From Hamiltosporidium tvaerminnensis FI-OER-3-3 (taxonomy: Eukaryota; Fungi; Microsporidia), in NCBI GenBank assembly GCA_022605425.2, contig JAKIMF020000011.1:124001-188000 (forward strand): DNA of 64,000 nucleotides. Reading direction: 5' to 3'. Positions 42,200 to 56,500 of this stretch are shown here, one piece after another. Positions within the stretch are counted from its first letter, which is position 1. Each line of letters starts with the position of its first letter. The notes below the pieces were generated by a model, which worked only from the letters and a program-made list of their open reading frames with translations, was not told where the DNA came from and searched no databases. A program made the translations under genes and the position numbers.

Positions 42200-45100
42200 A
42201 AGTATATTAAAGGTTCATAATATAATTTAACTAAAAGTTTTAATGAGTTCTTAATGTTTTTCGTTTATTTAGTATCCATTTTTTTAGATATTAGTTTTTG
42301 TATAGTCGTATCCTAATTCTAAAAATGTAAAAAAAAAATATTTTTACTCAGATATTTTTTTGGATAAATTCACCTAAAATTTCTGAGCTAATTATTACAT
42401 GTTTTTATTTTATACTTTGAATAGAATTTGGTAATGTTTTCTATTATTTTTTGTTATCTTATTTTTTTTTTAATTTTGTTCAATATATTTTTATATAGTA
42501 TATGAAACACTTTAGAAATCTTGAAGAACTTGGACTCGAAAGATATAAGATCTAATACTTTAAAATTGTTGTAAATAGATCAGATAGGTTTTTAACAATA
42601 TTTCATGCCTTTTTTATAATTAAATATAGCTATGTTTTATCAAGTTTTTATTACCTAATTTTTTACGATTTTATTCGATATATTTGCTGTATACAGTTAT
42701 GAAGCAATAAAAAAAATTTTAAAAAATATATTCGATTAAATACTTAAGAATTTATTAAAATACTTCAAATCTGTTATTAATAATGAAATAGGATTGTTTA
42801 TAATGGAATTTATTCATGATTTATCGGATTTTTATTACCTAATTTTTTTAAAGTGGTTCAAATATTTTTCTATAGTAGTATTAAAAACTCGGAAATTTAA
42901 TAAAAAAATAAATGAAATATATAATATTAAATGGTTAATAATCACCTAAAATGGCTTAAAAATTCTTAAAATAACTTAAAAAGATCGTTTAATATGAAAT
43001 TATGTGTTTGTAATGTAAGTTTTTTAACTAATTTTTAGTAATTTTTCGATATAATTTCTATATAGTCGTATTGACGATTCGAGATGATGAAAATATCAGG
43101 AAAAAAAAGAAAATCTTGAATGATAAAAATTCTTTGAAAATTATACAGAACTTCTTATAATAATCTAATATAATTAAATTTTAGGAAAGATTTAGGAATG
43201 TTTCTGCGTAATTCCATTTTCCAAATTTTCATATTTTTTTTCGATAATATTTTCTATATACTGTAGGAAACGATTTTAAATTAGAAAAGAAAATTCAGAA
43301 AAAAAATATTAGTTATAATCTCAAAGAACACATATAACAAATGTTCTTAAGATATCATTAATGTTATGTTAATGTTAAATTTTCTAATATTCTATGTAAC
43401 TTTTAGACTGAATTTTTTAAAGTCATTTGTTATATTTATATATACTATATTCAATTATTTAAAAGTTATCACAAATTTAAAATAAAAAAATATTATGTTT
43501 ATTTAAATAAGAATGATTCAAAACACTACCAGGTAGATTCTTAACCTAATATATTTATTCTTAAATTTGTATTTGATTTACCTATATTTTTTAATTCTGT
43601 TAGATTAGTTTCAATATAGTTGTATAAACCATTGCAAGATTCTAAAAATAAACTAAAAAAATATATGATTTATTTTACCTAAAGAATGTAAAAACATTCC
43701 ATATAGATTTATAAAGTTCCGAATCAGATCATCAAAAATTTGGTCAATTTATTAATTTTTTTGATTTACTTAATCAGTTTTCGTACAGTCGTATATACGA
43801 TTTATAAAATATAAAAAAGCTGTTCTTAAAAAATAAACGCTTCAATGCATAGGAATTAATAAAAATACATCAAATGTGCTTTTAATAATTTTATTTTTAT
43901 GTTTACTCTAAAATATAGCAGTTTTTCTTATAAATTTTTATTACTTATTTTTGCAATGTTGCTTAGTATATCTTTTATATGTGTATGAAGAAATTTAAGA
44001 ATTATGAAAAATTCAAGTTGCCCAAATAAACCTTAAAATAATTATAACGCTCTAAATATTTTAAAAAATACGTCTATATACTTAGATTATGCTTTATGAT
44101 AATATTAAGTCATTTCGTGTGTTTGTTTCAATTTTCAATTTTTTGAATTTTTTAGGCATATATACCTATAAATATGTCGCGTTTGAAAATTGAAAAAACA
44201 TCAACGAAAAAATATATATTCAATGCACAAATTTTAATTAATCTATAGAGGAGTCTTACAATACTCTAAAAGGTTGCTTCTGAATAAGCTCTGATGTTCT
44301 GAAAGTAAATTTCTAAATTAATTTTTTCGAATTTGTCAAACTACATAGTATATTGTGAATGAAGAAATTTAAAAAAAGGTGAAAATCTTCTTAAAAAAAA
44401 TTTAAGAATTATATTACGAAAATATCGCAACTATCAAATTCTGAATAGTGTAACAGAATATTTCTCTTTCATTTAAATTTACAGGATATCTTTCTATTAA
44501 ATTCGAATGAATTGATTTTTTCGATTTGTTTTATGTATAGTCGTTAGAATGATATGAAAAATGGAAAAAAATATAATTAAAAAAATAGATGTTTCGTTGA
44601 ATAAAAATTGGTATAGATACATCAGATGTTTAGTAAAAAAATTTATTTATAGTTAAGAATAAATTTAGTCATTTTTATCAGCTTTTTTTATTGCTTGATT
44701 TTTTCTATTTTGTTTAATAGAGTTAAATGTATCAGAGTTGAAGATTTTAAAATTTTTAAAATACTGTGTAAAAAAGAAATACTATTTAATGCTCAGAAAT
44801 TGATACAAATTCTACTAATATGCTTATAAAAATATGACTGTTTATTATTATAAAATTTGGTCATGCAATCTTCATTACAATTTTTTTTGATTTTTTTCGT
44901 GATATATTTGTATATAGTATATGAAACAAATCGAGAATTATCGATGACAAAATAAAATTTTTAAATAGTCAAAAAACAGCAAAAATACAAGAAATTATCT
45001 AATAAGGAAACAATATTGAGGTTGTTAATAAACTTTTCCCGTTTTTAAGAACATTATTTCATAAATATTTTTTTTTCATTGTGTACATCTTATCTCGTAT

Positions 45101-45420
45101 ATAGTGTGTAGGCTATTCCAAAATTTTTGAAAATATTTTACAAGATATATGTTTTAATACCGAAAATTACTTTGAATATAATGAATAATTCTTTAATAAT
45201 TAGATATTGTATGTATAATAAAATTTCTAGGTGCTTTTTGTAAATTTCTGTACTCAAAAATTATCGTTTTTAGTCGATATAGGTACTTATAGTCGAATTG
45301 AAGATTCTAAAATATGAAAAGAAAATATAAAAACAAATAAGATTATATATATGAAAAATCCCGAGAAAAACCGGAAATCTTTATAATTATGAAATATGGT
45401 TTTTTTTAATTAAATCTGCC
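42200..45420. repeat. Degenerate tandem satellite, ~17 units of ~187 bp
   Basis: A TATAGTCGTA-like anchor, with T-rich sequence before and A-rich sequence after, recurs at ~42301, 42494, 42690, 42871, 43061, 43256, 43441, 43615, 43784, 43976, 44161, 44349, 44537, 44717, 44913, 45100 and 45288. Confidence 0.75.
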
Positions 45421-45449
45421 ATTTTTGCTTTAAATTTTTATACTTGTTT

Positions 45450-47940
45450 ATTTTTTAAATTTTATTTAGATTCGTTTCCTTTTTAATTTTTTTTAACTGG
45501 AATATTTTATGTTTTTGTAATTATTTTTCTTCTTTTTACTACATTTAGAATTTCTAGTCGTATATGCTTGTTTACTTAAATTCATTTTGCTTACCCTTAA
45601 TCTACTTTTTAAATGTAGTTACATTTTTTTTGATCATTCTTTTGTTATTTATTTGCTAAGTTAAATAGTCACTTGTGTAACCAGTTTTCTACAAATAAAA
45701 CAGTTCTGGTTATTATAATGTTTAAGCTCTTTTAATAAAGTACTATTTTTTCCTAAATAAAGTATTATGTTATTCATTTTTATGGAATTTTTGTAAATTT
45801 TATGTCAATTTTATATTCATTATTCTAAAAATTCGTTTTATCATATTAATATGTTACATTTGAATATATTCTAAAGTATTTTCTCTTATTATATGATTTT
45901 AAGGTGTTAAGTCTAATAAGGTTATAAATTTACCATAATCTGAAGTTTTTAAGTGTAAGGTATTGAATGCTATTTTATCTTCATTTAGGATATTTGGACT
46001 ATTAAAACCTTTACTCAATATCTCAAAATAAGACTTTTTTATCTTGGTCATAATACGCTGTGTTATACTTTAATATGGCCGTATTAAATTTTATGAAATC
46101 GTTTGAAAAAGCTCTCAGTATATTGTTAGAAACGTTAATCATATATAATTTATAGATAACTTTCGATTTCTATATAACCTCATATTATTTACCTTTTATA
46201 AAATTGATTGAAATTCCAGGTATCTATTATAAATGTATTGTTTATGTTACTTAAAAAAAATATAAATCTATTTGAAAGAAAGATGTATATGTGAAAGATA
46301 TTTTAATATCATGTATAAAAATTTTAATCGAATTAATGAGAAAATTAATATTATTACCTTTTGTGAAATGGATTGAATTTTATAGATTTATAAAGAGATT
46401 AATTTATTATGTGTAATACAATTTATAGGCAGTAGATCTTAATATTTCATTCATCTCAATATATCATATAAATAAATATTTCGTTTTATAATATATAGCC
46501 AGAGTGAACTAACTTAAATTGTTATATTCATAAATGTATTAAATTTTTTTAATTTGTAACCTCTCTTTATTAGAATTATATACTATCTTACTGCAAAGTG
46601 CTAAAGAATTAACTTTAACTAAATAGGATAGTATACTAAAATGTCTTGAACTAATAACTTTATTTTATTTATATTACTTTTATTTTAAAACTACATTTTT
46701 CTGAATGATTTTACATTAATTATTCGTACATTTGAATGCTTTTGAATTATCTACCTAGTTTAAATACAATTTTAACAACTATGTTTTAAATTGTTCGGAT
46801 ATCTGCTATTTGGGTTTTTTTGATCTTTAACTTTCACTGTAGCAATACGGATTCACTCAAAAAAACAATTCAACTAAAAAATAATTTTGATAATATTTTA
46901 TTTTGTATAAAGATAGATTGAATGATCAATATATAGTTTAGTATAAACTTAATTTTACACCACATTTTTTTAATATATATTTTTTATAGCTTTACAGCTA
47001 CGAACAACTCTTTACATAATAAAGAAATACTTATATTAATGAAATCATAAGATATTGATAACATTTTTATATCTAGATATATTTATAAGAGGACATTAAA
47101 TGAAAAGATTGAAAAAACATATTTTTTTTACTCAATAAGTCGTGTATTATAATTTAACAAATAAAATTTCGATGATCTTGTTTGTCGATTTATAGCTAAT
47201 TATATCGAAAGTATTATTTTTCCAATTAAAACGTAAAAATAAAGATACTTGGGTATTAAAAATCACTAAAACTATAAATGAGCTTCAGTTCTAAATGTTG
47301 TGGCATCTTTTACAAGTAAATTACTACTTTTTAATTTTGAAACTTTCGATTCTTCCTTATATGAATCAAGATTAAAACTAATTTAGAAGCAATAGAATTT
47401 AGCTACAACCAACTAAAATATTTTTACTAGAATATTAGCACCTTTAATATAATATTTCAAACTATCCAAGCTGATTCGGATTATGGAATGGCATATCTAA
47501 GGTTATTTACATATGTTACCATTGTTTAAAGGGTAATCTCAAAGAACTCATCTGATCTTGTTTAAGGTCAAAATTAACTAAATAATTTAATGAATTCACT
47601 CATAATATATTGGTACATAAATACACAATATCATTAACTGGAATTACAATAACGCGAAGGCAAAGAGCTCAATTATGGGACGCATTTGCCTATTTGAAAA
47701 GATTCGAGGTAAAGTTGTATATAATAAAGAAAAAGATAAATTAATATAATGGAGTTTATAAGTTATGATTTTAAAAATTAATAGATTTTAATTACTCTAC
47801 ACCACAAAACTTTACTTTTGTATATTTAATCGACTATTTCTTTTAAACGTTAAGATAATTCATTTTTCCTTCATGATATATGAGTGAAGTGTATGCTCTA
47901 TGATTGAATTGTTTTCTTCTTGATAAAATGTGTTCTTCCT
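45450..47940. repeat. Dispersed repeat family R, copy 5
   Basis: Core at ~45890-46200. Right end TGAGTGAAGTGTATGCTCTA...GATAAAATGTGTTCTTCC matches copies 1, 2 and 4. Confidence 0.8.
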
Positions 47941-50419
47941 ATTACAAAATCCTAAATCAATGTTTTGAGCTATTAAAACTTAAGTAAGCCGTTTGGACTC
48001 AATACAAATTTTGTACTATATATTATCTTATATTATTGTTTGGTTTGTGTTAGAAGATTAAACATATTTTACATTTTGTAAAAATTAAAAGGTAATGCTG
48101 TTTTGAAGAAATATTTTTTAATGTATATTTTTTTAGTACTTTTTGCGTTAAAAAAATTCCAAACTCATAAGTCTATATACTTCTTTTTGTTAAAATAGAA
48201 TACATATTAATTTTAATTGAAAGGTATCTAAAAACTAATGTGCCTTTTCTCATAATGACAATGTTACAATAAAGAATAAAAAAATATAATTTTACTGAAT
48301 GTATATTCGCTTATACAAAGCTTTGCTGGTTTTAGTACTTTTGTTAAAAATAAAACTTTAGTTAAATGATATACACCTTAGCAAATAAAGATTTTAATTT
48401 TTTTTAAATTAGTAAATAATAATATATAAGATTCCATGTAGCAATTATTTTAAATATATCTCTATACGTATTAAACAATAAATTTTTTTTAGATAATACA
48501 TTGTTCGAAATTAATTCATTTTACAGCTATTTTTATAATTTCTTTCTTTTTTATTTAAATTTATGCAATGTAAAAATTCGGATATGAAATTGAATATGAA
48601 GAAAATTATATATGTAGGGATATACTAATAAAAATATCTTAGTATGATTTAAAAGAAGCCAAGAATATTATTTAAATAAGTATTGTTATACATTAAAATG
48701 GTTTAGAAGGGTAAACAGTGGATGGTATAATTAACAATTGTGACTTGAGCTAACTCATATTGTAATTAGATAGATTTCTTTGGAAGAATATCTATCAAGA
48801 TACTGAACGAATTAAATGAAATTTGATTCAAGTGACATTGATTGTAAAAAAATTTAAAAGTATAAAAAGGCGAAGATTTTTCATTTTTTAGCATCTTCTA
48901 CGGATTAGCTTCAAGAATATGTTTGAAATATCGGATGCACTATAGGAAAAGTTCTTCATCTTTAAAACTACAAGAGTTATGACTATACTGAAGTGGAAGC
49001 CAAATATAACAAATGCCACCGTTCACAGATATCAATTCTCTGTAATATTTGCAGCTATATTTGCTGCATCTGTATCTATCCTAATTAGCTGGATTATAGA
49101 AAGACTTATGTAAGATATTTGCATAATTCTATACTTGCTTCAATATAGATGCCCTAAATCAGAATCAATCTTGTTTACAAATCAAAGAATTCGAAATGCA
49201 TGATTTTAATCACTTTGTAATGCTTTTAGATAATCTTAACTGCAACATCAATTGTATTTACAAGAACTTTAAGGAAATGAGCCAAGTACTAGGACAACAC
49301 TGCCTATTTAGATAGAAAAGTTATTTGAAAATATATACTCTATACAATAAAATTATATCAAAACACTATTCAAAAAAATCTTTAATCATTTTACGAACAA
49401 CCACAATTTATTATTTACAAAATCTTACAATTTTGATTGTATGCTTTTAAGTGCTTTAATTCGATCACAATCTAAAACAATATGTCTTTTATAATATTTT
49501 GGATATGTGTAGATTATTATATATTTACATTTCTATTTAAATAAATGTGTTCGTTTTATTTTTCTAAAGGTTTTACATACTTTGTTGCTAGCTATGTTAC
49601 AGAACTTAAGTAAAGGCATTGAAATGTTAATCAAATCCTATATTTCTTTAATGTTTTTCTAAACTAACTTTCTCAAGTATTTCACTGCTACAGGTTAGGT
49701 AAATATTATTTTCTCTACTATATTTCTCAAGTAGTTCGCCCACCCAGGTCACTAGAATCAAAACTTTTTAATTGGAATGGTATTAAGTGCTATTACATTT
49801 TCCAAATAAATTAACTTTTTTATTTTGCTTTTCTAAGCTAGTTTTTGTGATTTGCTCCAAATCTTTTAATTCTTATCAAATTATATTAAAATGTCTTTTT
49901 TTGACTTAACCATAGAAAATTTTATTTTTTCTTTTAGTACGAATATACAATAAATAGAAATAAAACGAAGATATCCTTAAATGCTTTTTGAAATCGCATT
50001 TTTTAAAAGTTTTTTATGATTTTCTTGCTTTAAACAAGTAAGTAAAAAATGCAGACATTGGTTTTTACATTGAAAACCCTTATGAATAAAATAGTGGCAT
50101 ACTTTTGAATATAAAAATAAAAGTGCTTCGAAATGCAAGGCTTTTAGCATTTTTTATTAAAATAAATTTAACAATAAACAAACAAGTATTGAGTTTATTC
50201 ATCTATAATTTAAAAAAAGTAAACTCCTAATATTAAATGATTTTTTACGTGTAATAATTTGAATTTAGCGGAATTCTTAATTTTTTCCTGATAAAATTAC
50301 TCTTGGAACTTTGGAACCAAGAATATTTATGTTTTAAAAAAGAATTTTCCAAATGAAAATTAAAAAAAATTAAAAAGCAGCTGAATATTAATAAAAGAAA
50401 GAATTTAATTGTAATTAGA

Positions 50420-52300
50420 CCAAAATAGTTCCCCTAACCAAAATCTTTAAAGTGTTGCTCTGCTCTACAATATTTTAGGAGCATAAGCAGAATCAAATAT
50501 TTCTACAAACCCCACACGCTTTAAAAAATAGCAAAAATTTTTTTCACTCAACTAATTAATTTCATACACTCCAAAAAAGTTTTCCCTACCCTAATTTTTA
50601 GTCCCCAAACCAAACATTTTTCTTCATCCCTATTATTATTTCCCTACCTCGATTCTTTTTACCCTAACTTCTTTTCTACATAGCAGAAAAACCCCCCCTA
50701 AATTTCTTTATATTTTAATTATATTTTCTAATATATTCATCATTTTCCTGACCAAATCATTTTATTTTTAAATTTATTTTTTCCTCAACTAATTTATTTC
50801 CGCCCTAACATTCTTTTTGCAATAAACTTGCTCTTCCTCTCAGACAATTATTTTTTTCTCAAGTAATTTTATTTATTCGGTTCAAATAACTTTCTTTTTT
50901 GAAATTTTGTATCTTTAAAACAATATTCTATTAATTATCCGACTCCATTGATTTCAACTAGATATTTTCTTGCTGCCGGTTCTTTTCTGCAGATTTCTAC
51001 TTTCCTTGGTATTTTTTACATTTTAAAAACCAATACTTTATTTCTTTAGCAAACCTTTTCACTTTAACTAAACACCATTCCCCAACCTGTTTTTATAACT
51101 AATTCTCTTTTCCCATACAAATTTTCTTCCTTTATAACCCTTTTTTTTGCTATCTTAAATCTTTTTCCGAATCAGAATATTTTCCCTAACTACTATCTTT
51201 TTTCCCAAACTATTTTTTTTTACTTGCTGGCCCGATCTACTCATCAGAAACAGATTTACTCTCCTGACTTAATTCCTAACTTTTTTCGCCGAACGATTCT
51301 TTCTCCGCTAACTACAATCTTTTTTTCCTTGGCTAATTTTCTTTCTCTCTAATTTTTTTATTCTTGTTGAATAAAATTCTGGGTAAAAAAAATAGAAATT
51401 ATTTCAGAAAAATAATTAATTCTCTTATCTAAAAGTACGGTTTCTATTTTTTTCTACCCTATGGTGCGAAAACATCTTTGTTCTTCCCTATAAAAAGTAG
51501 TTTCCCTAATTCTTCCCTAAGTAATAATGGAATTTTAATTTTTGCTAACTAATCTTATTCTACCTAGTTAAATCTTTATAGATAAAAATTAATTTTGGTT
51601 GTAAATTTACTTTTTTAAAAATATATTTTTTCTTAGATTCTGTAACTATGAAAAGATAGAAGTTTAGATTTAAAAATTCTCCGTGGAATATTATTAATCT
51701 AATAATATATTTAGATTTCTTTTTGTAAAAATATACCTTTTGTGAAGTTAGGGAATTTTACACCCCAAAAAGTTTAAAAAAATAAGGTGAATTCAACTAT
51801 AGTAGATAAAATAAATGAAAAACGGTTTTATAAGAATATCATCTAAAGTTGCTAAAAGAAAATTAAATTATATAAAAATAAGGAAAATAATAAAAAAAAC
51901 TGTTTTACTAACAAAAATTTAATGTGTAAATTCGAATCGGTTGTCACGGAGAAAGTAAAACTTGCCTTTCCACGTAACCTCAAACCAAAAAAATAATAAA
52001 GAAAACTCTAACTTATATAGTTTAGTAGATTTTTTTAGTATGTTTCGCAATTTTTCTTTTAATGGGAATTATGATATTGAGATTCCGTAGTCTGGGTAAT
52101 GTATATAAAATAGTTGGTCTGAAATAATGCAGGGCGAGGGATATGACAGATTGCAGTAGTGGTATGGTATATTGAGATACATTTTCAAGCTGCAATTGTT
52201 AGAAAAGAACCTAGAAGGAAGTAAAATGTAGAGTAAGGTGAAAAATGGGCAGCAAAAAGGTTGATCGGAGAGTAAATCGGAATAAAAACAGCTATTAATT
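50420..52300. repeat. CCCTAA-rich degenerate telomere-like block A (C-rich left, G-rich right)
   Basis: About 8 dispersed CCCTAA hexamers at 50430-51520 in pyrimidine-rich sequence. 51361-51465 resembles 55661-55760 of block B. G-rich sequence follows at 52060-52280. Confidence 0.55.
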
Positions 52301-53049
52301 TTATTTTACTTTTAGTTTTTCTCTTTTAATTTGATTTTATCGTATTATCTCTTAGAAGTATCACCCAATCCCGAAAGGGTTTGAATGAATTACAAATTTG
52401 AGTTCAAAAATACCTTTATTCTATCTGTAGATATTTATATATTAAAAACAAATATGAATTAGAAAGTGTCATTTTTTGAAAATTTGATCCTACAAAATTT
52501 CCAAACGTTTACTTTTTTTTAATTTTGTGTATATTTTACATTTTAAAGAAATGTATTTTTCTTTTTTATATATTTTAAAAAAAAAAATGTGTTTAAAAGC
52601 ATTATAAGGTTTTTTTTGGAATCTCTGGAATTTTTTATGCTTCAGTATTCTTACAACTTTTGTTATTCGTCACTATTTTTTCGAGCCTTTATGTTTTTTT
52701 CAAGTTTTGTATGAATTTAAGCGTATTTTTTATATTTTCAAAATTTTGTATAAATTTTTATGTTTTCTACATTTTTTCATTTCATTTTTGGAATTGTGTA
52801 CTATTTTTATGGATTGGTTTTATATTTATATATCTATCGCTGTTTTTAAATATCTATAATCTAGCAAATTTTTTCACATTCTATATACTTTTTGAAAAAT
52901 TTTAGCTTTTTTTCTTCAAAAAATGAAAATTTTTAAAAATTTTACAACTTTTTTAAGTAATTATGAATTACAATTTATTTTCTAGCAATTTTTCTAATAA
53001 TTTTCTATTTATTTTTAAATCGGTAAAAATACCTATATGATTTAATGGT

Positions 53050-54495
53050 ATTCATTCTTATAGCATTTAAAGAGGCTAACCTTAATAAACTTATAAATTT
53101 TACCATAATTCGAAGTTTTTCGGAATAAGGTTAACTTGTTTTTTTGGTTTTTTATTACATTCTGACTATTTAAAATCAATATCATCATATAAAAATAAGA
53201 TTTTTTTATCTTGATAATAATAGTCGTTTTTAACCAAAATATGGCCGTATTAATTTTTGTGAAATCGTTTTTAAAAGCTCTCAATATATTTATTAAAACA
53301 TTAATCATATAGAATATTGAAAAAGACCTTTGGATTTCTATATAAACTCATATTAGTTACTTTTTCGAAAATTGAGCAAATTGCAGGTAGTATATAAGTA
53401 TTGCTTCTTTAGCTTAAAAAGAATACAAATCCAATAAAAATAAAGATATACATATGAAAAAGTATTTAAAATTTCTTCTATACTATTTTAAAGAGGAAGA
53501 AGAAAAATGTTAATATTATCTTTATTGAAATATATTTGATAGTCTCTATATTTATACAGACATGCATTTATTATTCTTTACTATAATCTATATAAGTAAA
53601 TCGATATTTAAATCCCCTTAATATTCTATACAAAACAATTATTTGTTTTTTTACCATGAGTCTTATTGTATTGACTTAAAATATTTTTATTATAAGTATA
53701 TTTATTGTTTTTAAATAATGTTATTAAGTCTTTTTTAGACTTATATATTATACAGTAAAGATTTACAGAATTAAAATTAAATAAAATCGATAGTACAATA
53801 AAATATCTCGAGTGATAAATGTGTTTCTATACTAATTATAAATTAAAACCAAATTTAAATAAATGTTTATACGTTAATTATATGTCAATTTTAGTTTTCT
53901 TAATCTATTTCTCTTGTTTATTCAAAATTCTACCACTAATTCAAAAAATAGTTTAATTTTGTATTTTTTCGAGTTAAACTTGTTTATGAAGTCGTACATA
54001 TTAAACAAAGAAAAAATCGAATTATAGAATATTTCACGTGATATTTTAATTTAGTTTAACAATAGGTAATCCTTAAATAAATTTGGTTTTATATTAAACT
54101 AAATATTTTCTTATTTTTTAACTATTTTTACATATTTTTTTCTTGTTTGTATGTAAAGCTACAAATAAATTTTTAAACTTTTTTGAAATTAATTAAATAA
54201 AGTACTGTAAGAGAATGAATGATACTTTGATATCTAAATATATTCATAGATGAATATTATATTATAATAACTAGAAAATAAAGTATGTTTATGGAACGAG
54301 GCGGGCATTCTATTTCGCTAAATAAAATTTCTATGGATTGGGTATGTTGATTTATATTATATCATTCAATTATGATTTATTTACACAAAATATAAAAAGA
54401 AAGATAATTGATCATTAAATTTAAAAAACTTGGATTGAGCCTTAATCTATATGTTGAAGTATTCTCCACATGTGAACTAGAACTATTAGCCCTAT
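53050..54495. repeat. Dispersed repeat family R, copy 6 (closest to copy 3; carries the empty SINE site)
   Basis: Core at 53085-53380. Long near-identical stretches with copy 3 (e.g. TTGACTTAAAATATTTTTATTATAAGTATATT, AAGTCGTACATA). Truncated where block B starts. Confidence 0.8.
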
Positions 54496-54496
54496 A

Positions 54497-56500
54497 ATTT
54501 CCCTAACTCCGGTAGGGAAATACAATTTAATGCTTTAAAACATTTATATAAATAATTTAAAATCTTTTTAGTTGGATTTTCTTACTTCCCTAACCGATTT
54601 AAATATAGTATTATTACCGACGCATGCAAAGTAAAAAACCCTATTAATACAAGAGATTTTAAAACCAAAAATTAAAAAAAATAGAGCATTATAAGTAATT
54701 ATAAAAGAAAAAAATTTATTAAATTATGCCTAAAGAATTTAGGGAGTAAAAAACGTCCCAACGAATAAAGCTATATATTTAATGTAAAGACAGTTTACAT
54801 TCTTCAATTATAGAGAGCCCTTATCAAAATTGTAATTGCAAAAATCAAAATTTTTTTCCCTATACAATTCCGCTTCCCCCTAACCCTATCTTTTTATACT
54901 CTAATACTTCTCTTGAATTACACAATTTAACTATTGTCAACCAAATATGTTACCTACCTTTTTTTAGGAAAAAAATTATTTTTAATTTTCCTAACCCTTC
55001 TCCCTAACCTGTCCTTTTTTTCCACTAAAAAATTATTTATAGTTCCTATGCTGTTTTTACTCCTTATTTTTTTACCAAAGAAGTTTCTGAAAATTCCCTA
55101 CCAATTGATTACTTCTTTTACCCTAACCCTTCCCTAACCCTTTTCCTTTCCCTAAACTCAGTAGCTCTTTTCCCTACCAAATGATTTATATTCTACTCTT
55201 TCTCTCCAAAAAAAACTTATTTCTCCCTAACCCTTTTTCCCTATACCTATTTTGTTTTTCCTACCTCCCCTAACTTTCTACACTCTCTTAAATACTTTTT
55301 GTTCCTTAAATTTTACTCGTAATACCCATTATTTTTTCTTAACTAGATGTTTTTCTTAATCCTACTAATTTTTTCTTAACCCTCCTTGAAGTTTCCCTAA
55401 CCTAATCATTGTATCAAACATTTTTCTATTTAACAAATATTATTTCTAAAATTGATTCTATCTTCTATTTAAAATCATTTCTTTTCGTATAAACAAATTT
55501 TCAACCTAACACAATTCTGTTTTCCCAAACCAGGATTCTGCTTGCCCTAACTTTATGTTATAACAGACTTTCTTTTTTCCTAACTTTTTTCTTGTTTCCC
55601 TACTTTTTTCTGTTTCCCTTAACTTTCCATTAATTTTTTTTACCAACTGTCCTTTCCCCAACCGATCTTGCAAAAATAGCTGGGGTAAAAAATATAAAAA
55701 TTTATAATGAATAATTTCCCTACTGAAAAAATAAAAAAGTGTTTTACCCGAACCTATTGTTATTAATGAGAAGTATTTTCCCTAACCCAAGTACTATCCT
55801 AAAGTATGGCACTTCTTTCCTAATTTGTGGCTTATAAACATAGTAATTTTTTTTACAAAAAATTTCTTTCATTTTCCCTAACTTATTATAAGAAATTTAA
55901 AAAATTTACGTTAAAAACTTCGTTTTTAAAAATAAAAAGACCCTACGGACACGAAAAAAAAATATAATTAACCTAACTTGCTTTATTAAAAACATTGGGC
56001 GAAAGTAGGGAAATATATACCCTAACCCTTTTAAAAAAGAAATCATATGAGTAGAATAAAAAAGGAAATAAAAGAATGATAATGAATTTTTAATTTTCTT
56101 CAAAAAAATTCGAGAAAGTTAATAAAGAATTAGAGAAAATGATTTACCGAATAGAAATATTTAAGAAAACTAGAGATGTCCGTACTGGGAAAATAAAACA
56201 ATCTCCTATTTAGACAATACCAAAACTTGACCCTAACCCTAACTGAATTGGTTAGGGGTGTTTCTTTATCTTTCACTGGTTCTGGGTTAGGGTAAGGGTC
56301 AAAGTGATTATTCTTGGTTTTGCTTCTGAAATAAGTCAAGTGTAAAAGTGACTTTTTTGAATTTTTGGTAGTTATGAGGTTGGGGTCTTCAGATCGTGTT
56401 GGGGGAAAAGGTTGGCCTGGTAATAAAATAAATTCAGAATAATGAAAAGATGTTATTGAGTCAGGGTAAAGGTTGGTAGGTATAATAAAACCGTTCTTAT
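54497..56500. repeat. CCCTAA-rich degenerate telomere-like block B with internal inverted repeats
   Basis: More than a dozen CCCTAA hexamers (e.g. 55121-55140, 56231-56243), switching to GTTAGGG/GGGTTAGGG at 56251-56300. A 9-bp stem ATTTCCCTA/TAGGGAAAT lies at 54497-54521. Confidence 0.6.

Noticed and set aside
42200-45420. CRISPR-like array
   Set aside because: The ~187-bp period is far too long, the units are degenerate along their whole length, there are no cas genes, and the context is eukaryotic.
48700-49350. GC-richer segment that might be a pseudogene
   Set aside because: No frame gave a recognisable or convincingly stop-poor peptide.
2586-56339. The many 60-89 aa F/L/I/K-rich ORFs in the track
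   Set aside because: Typical chance ORFs of AT-rich, low-complexity DNA. The exceptions are 8437-8655 (LINE ORF1 remnant) and 5566-5778, 12820-13023 and 53042-53308, which are merely stop-free stretches overlapping family R.
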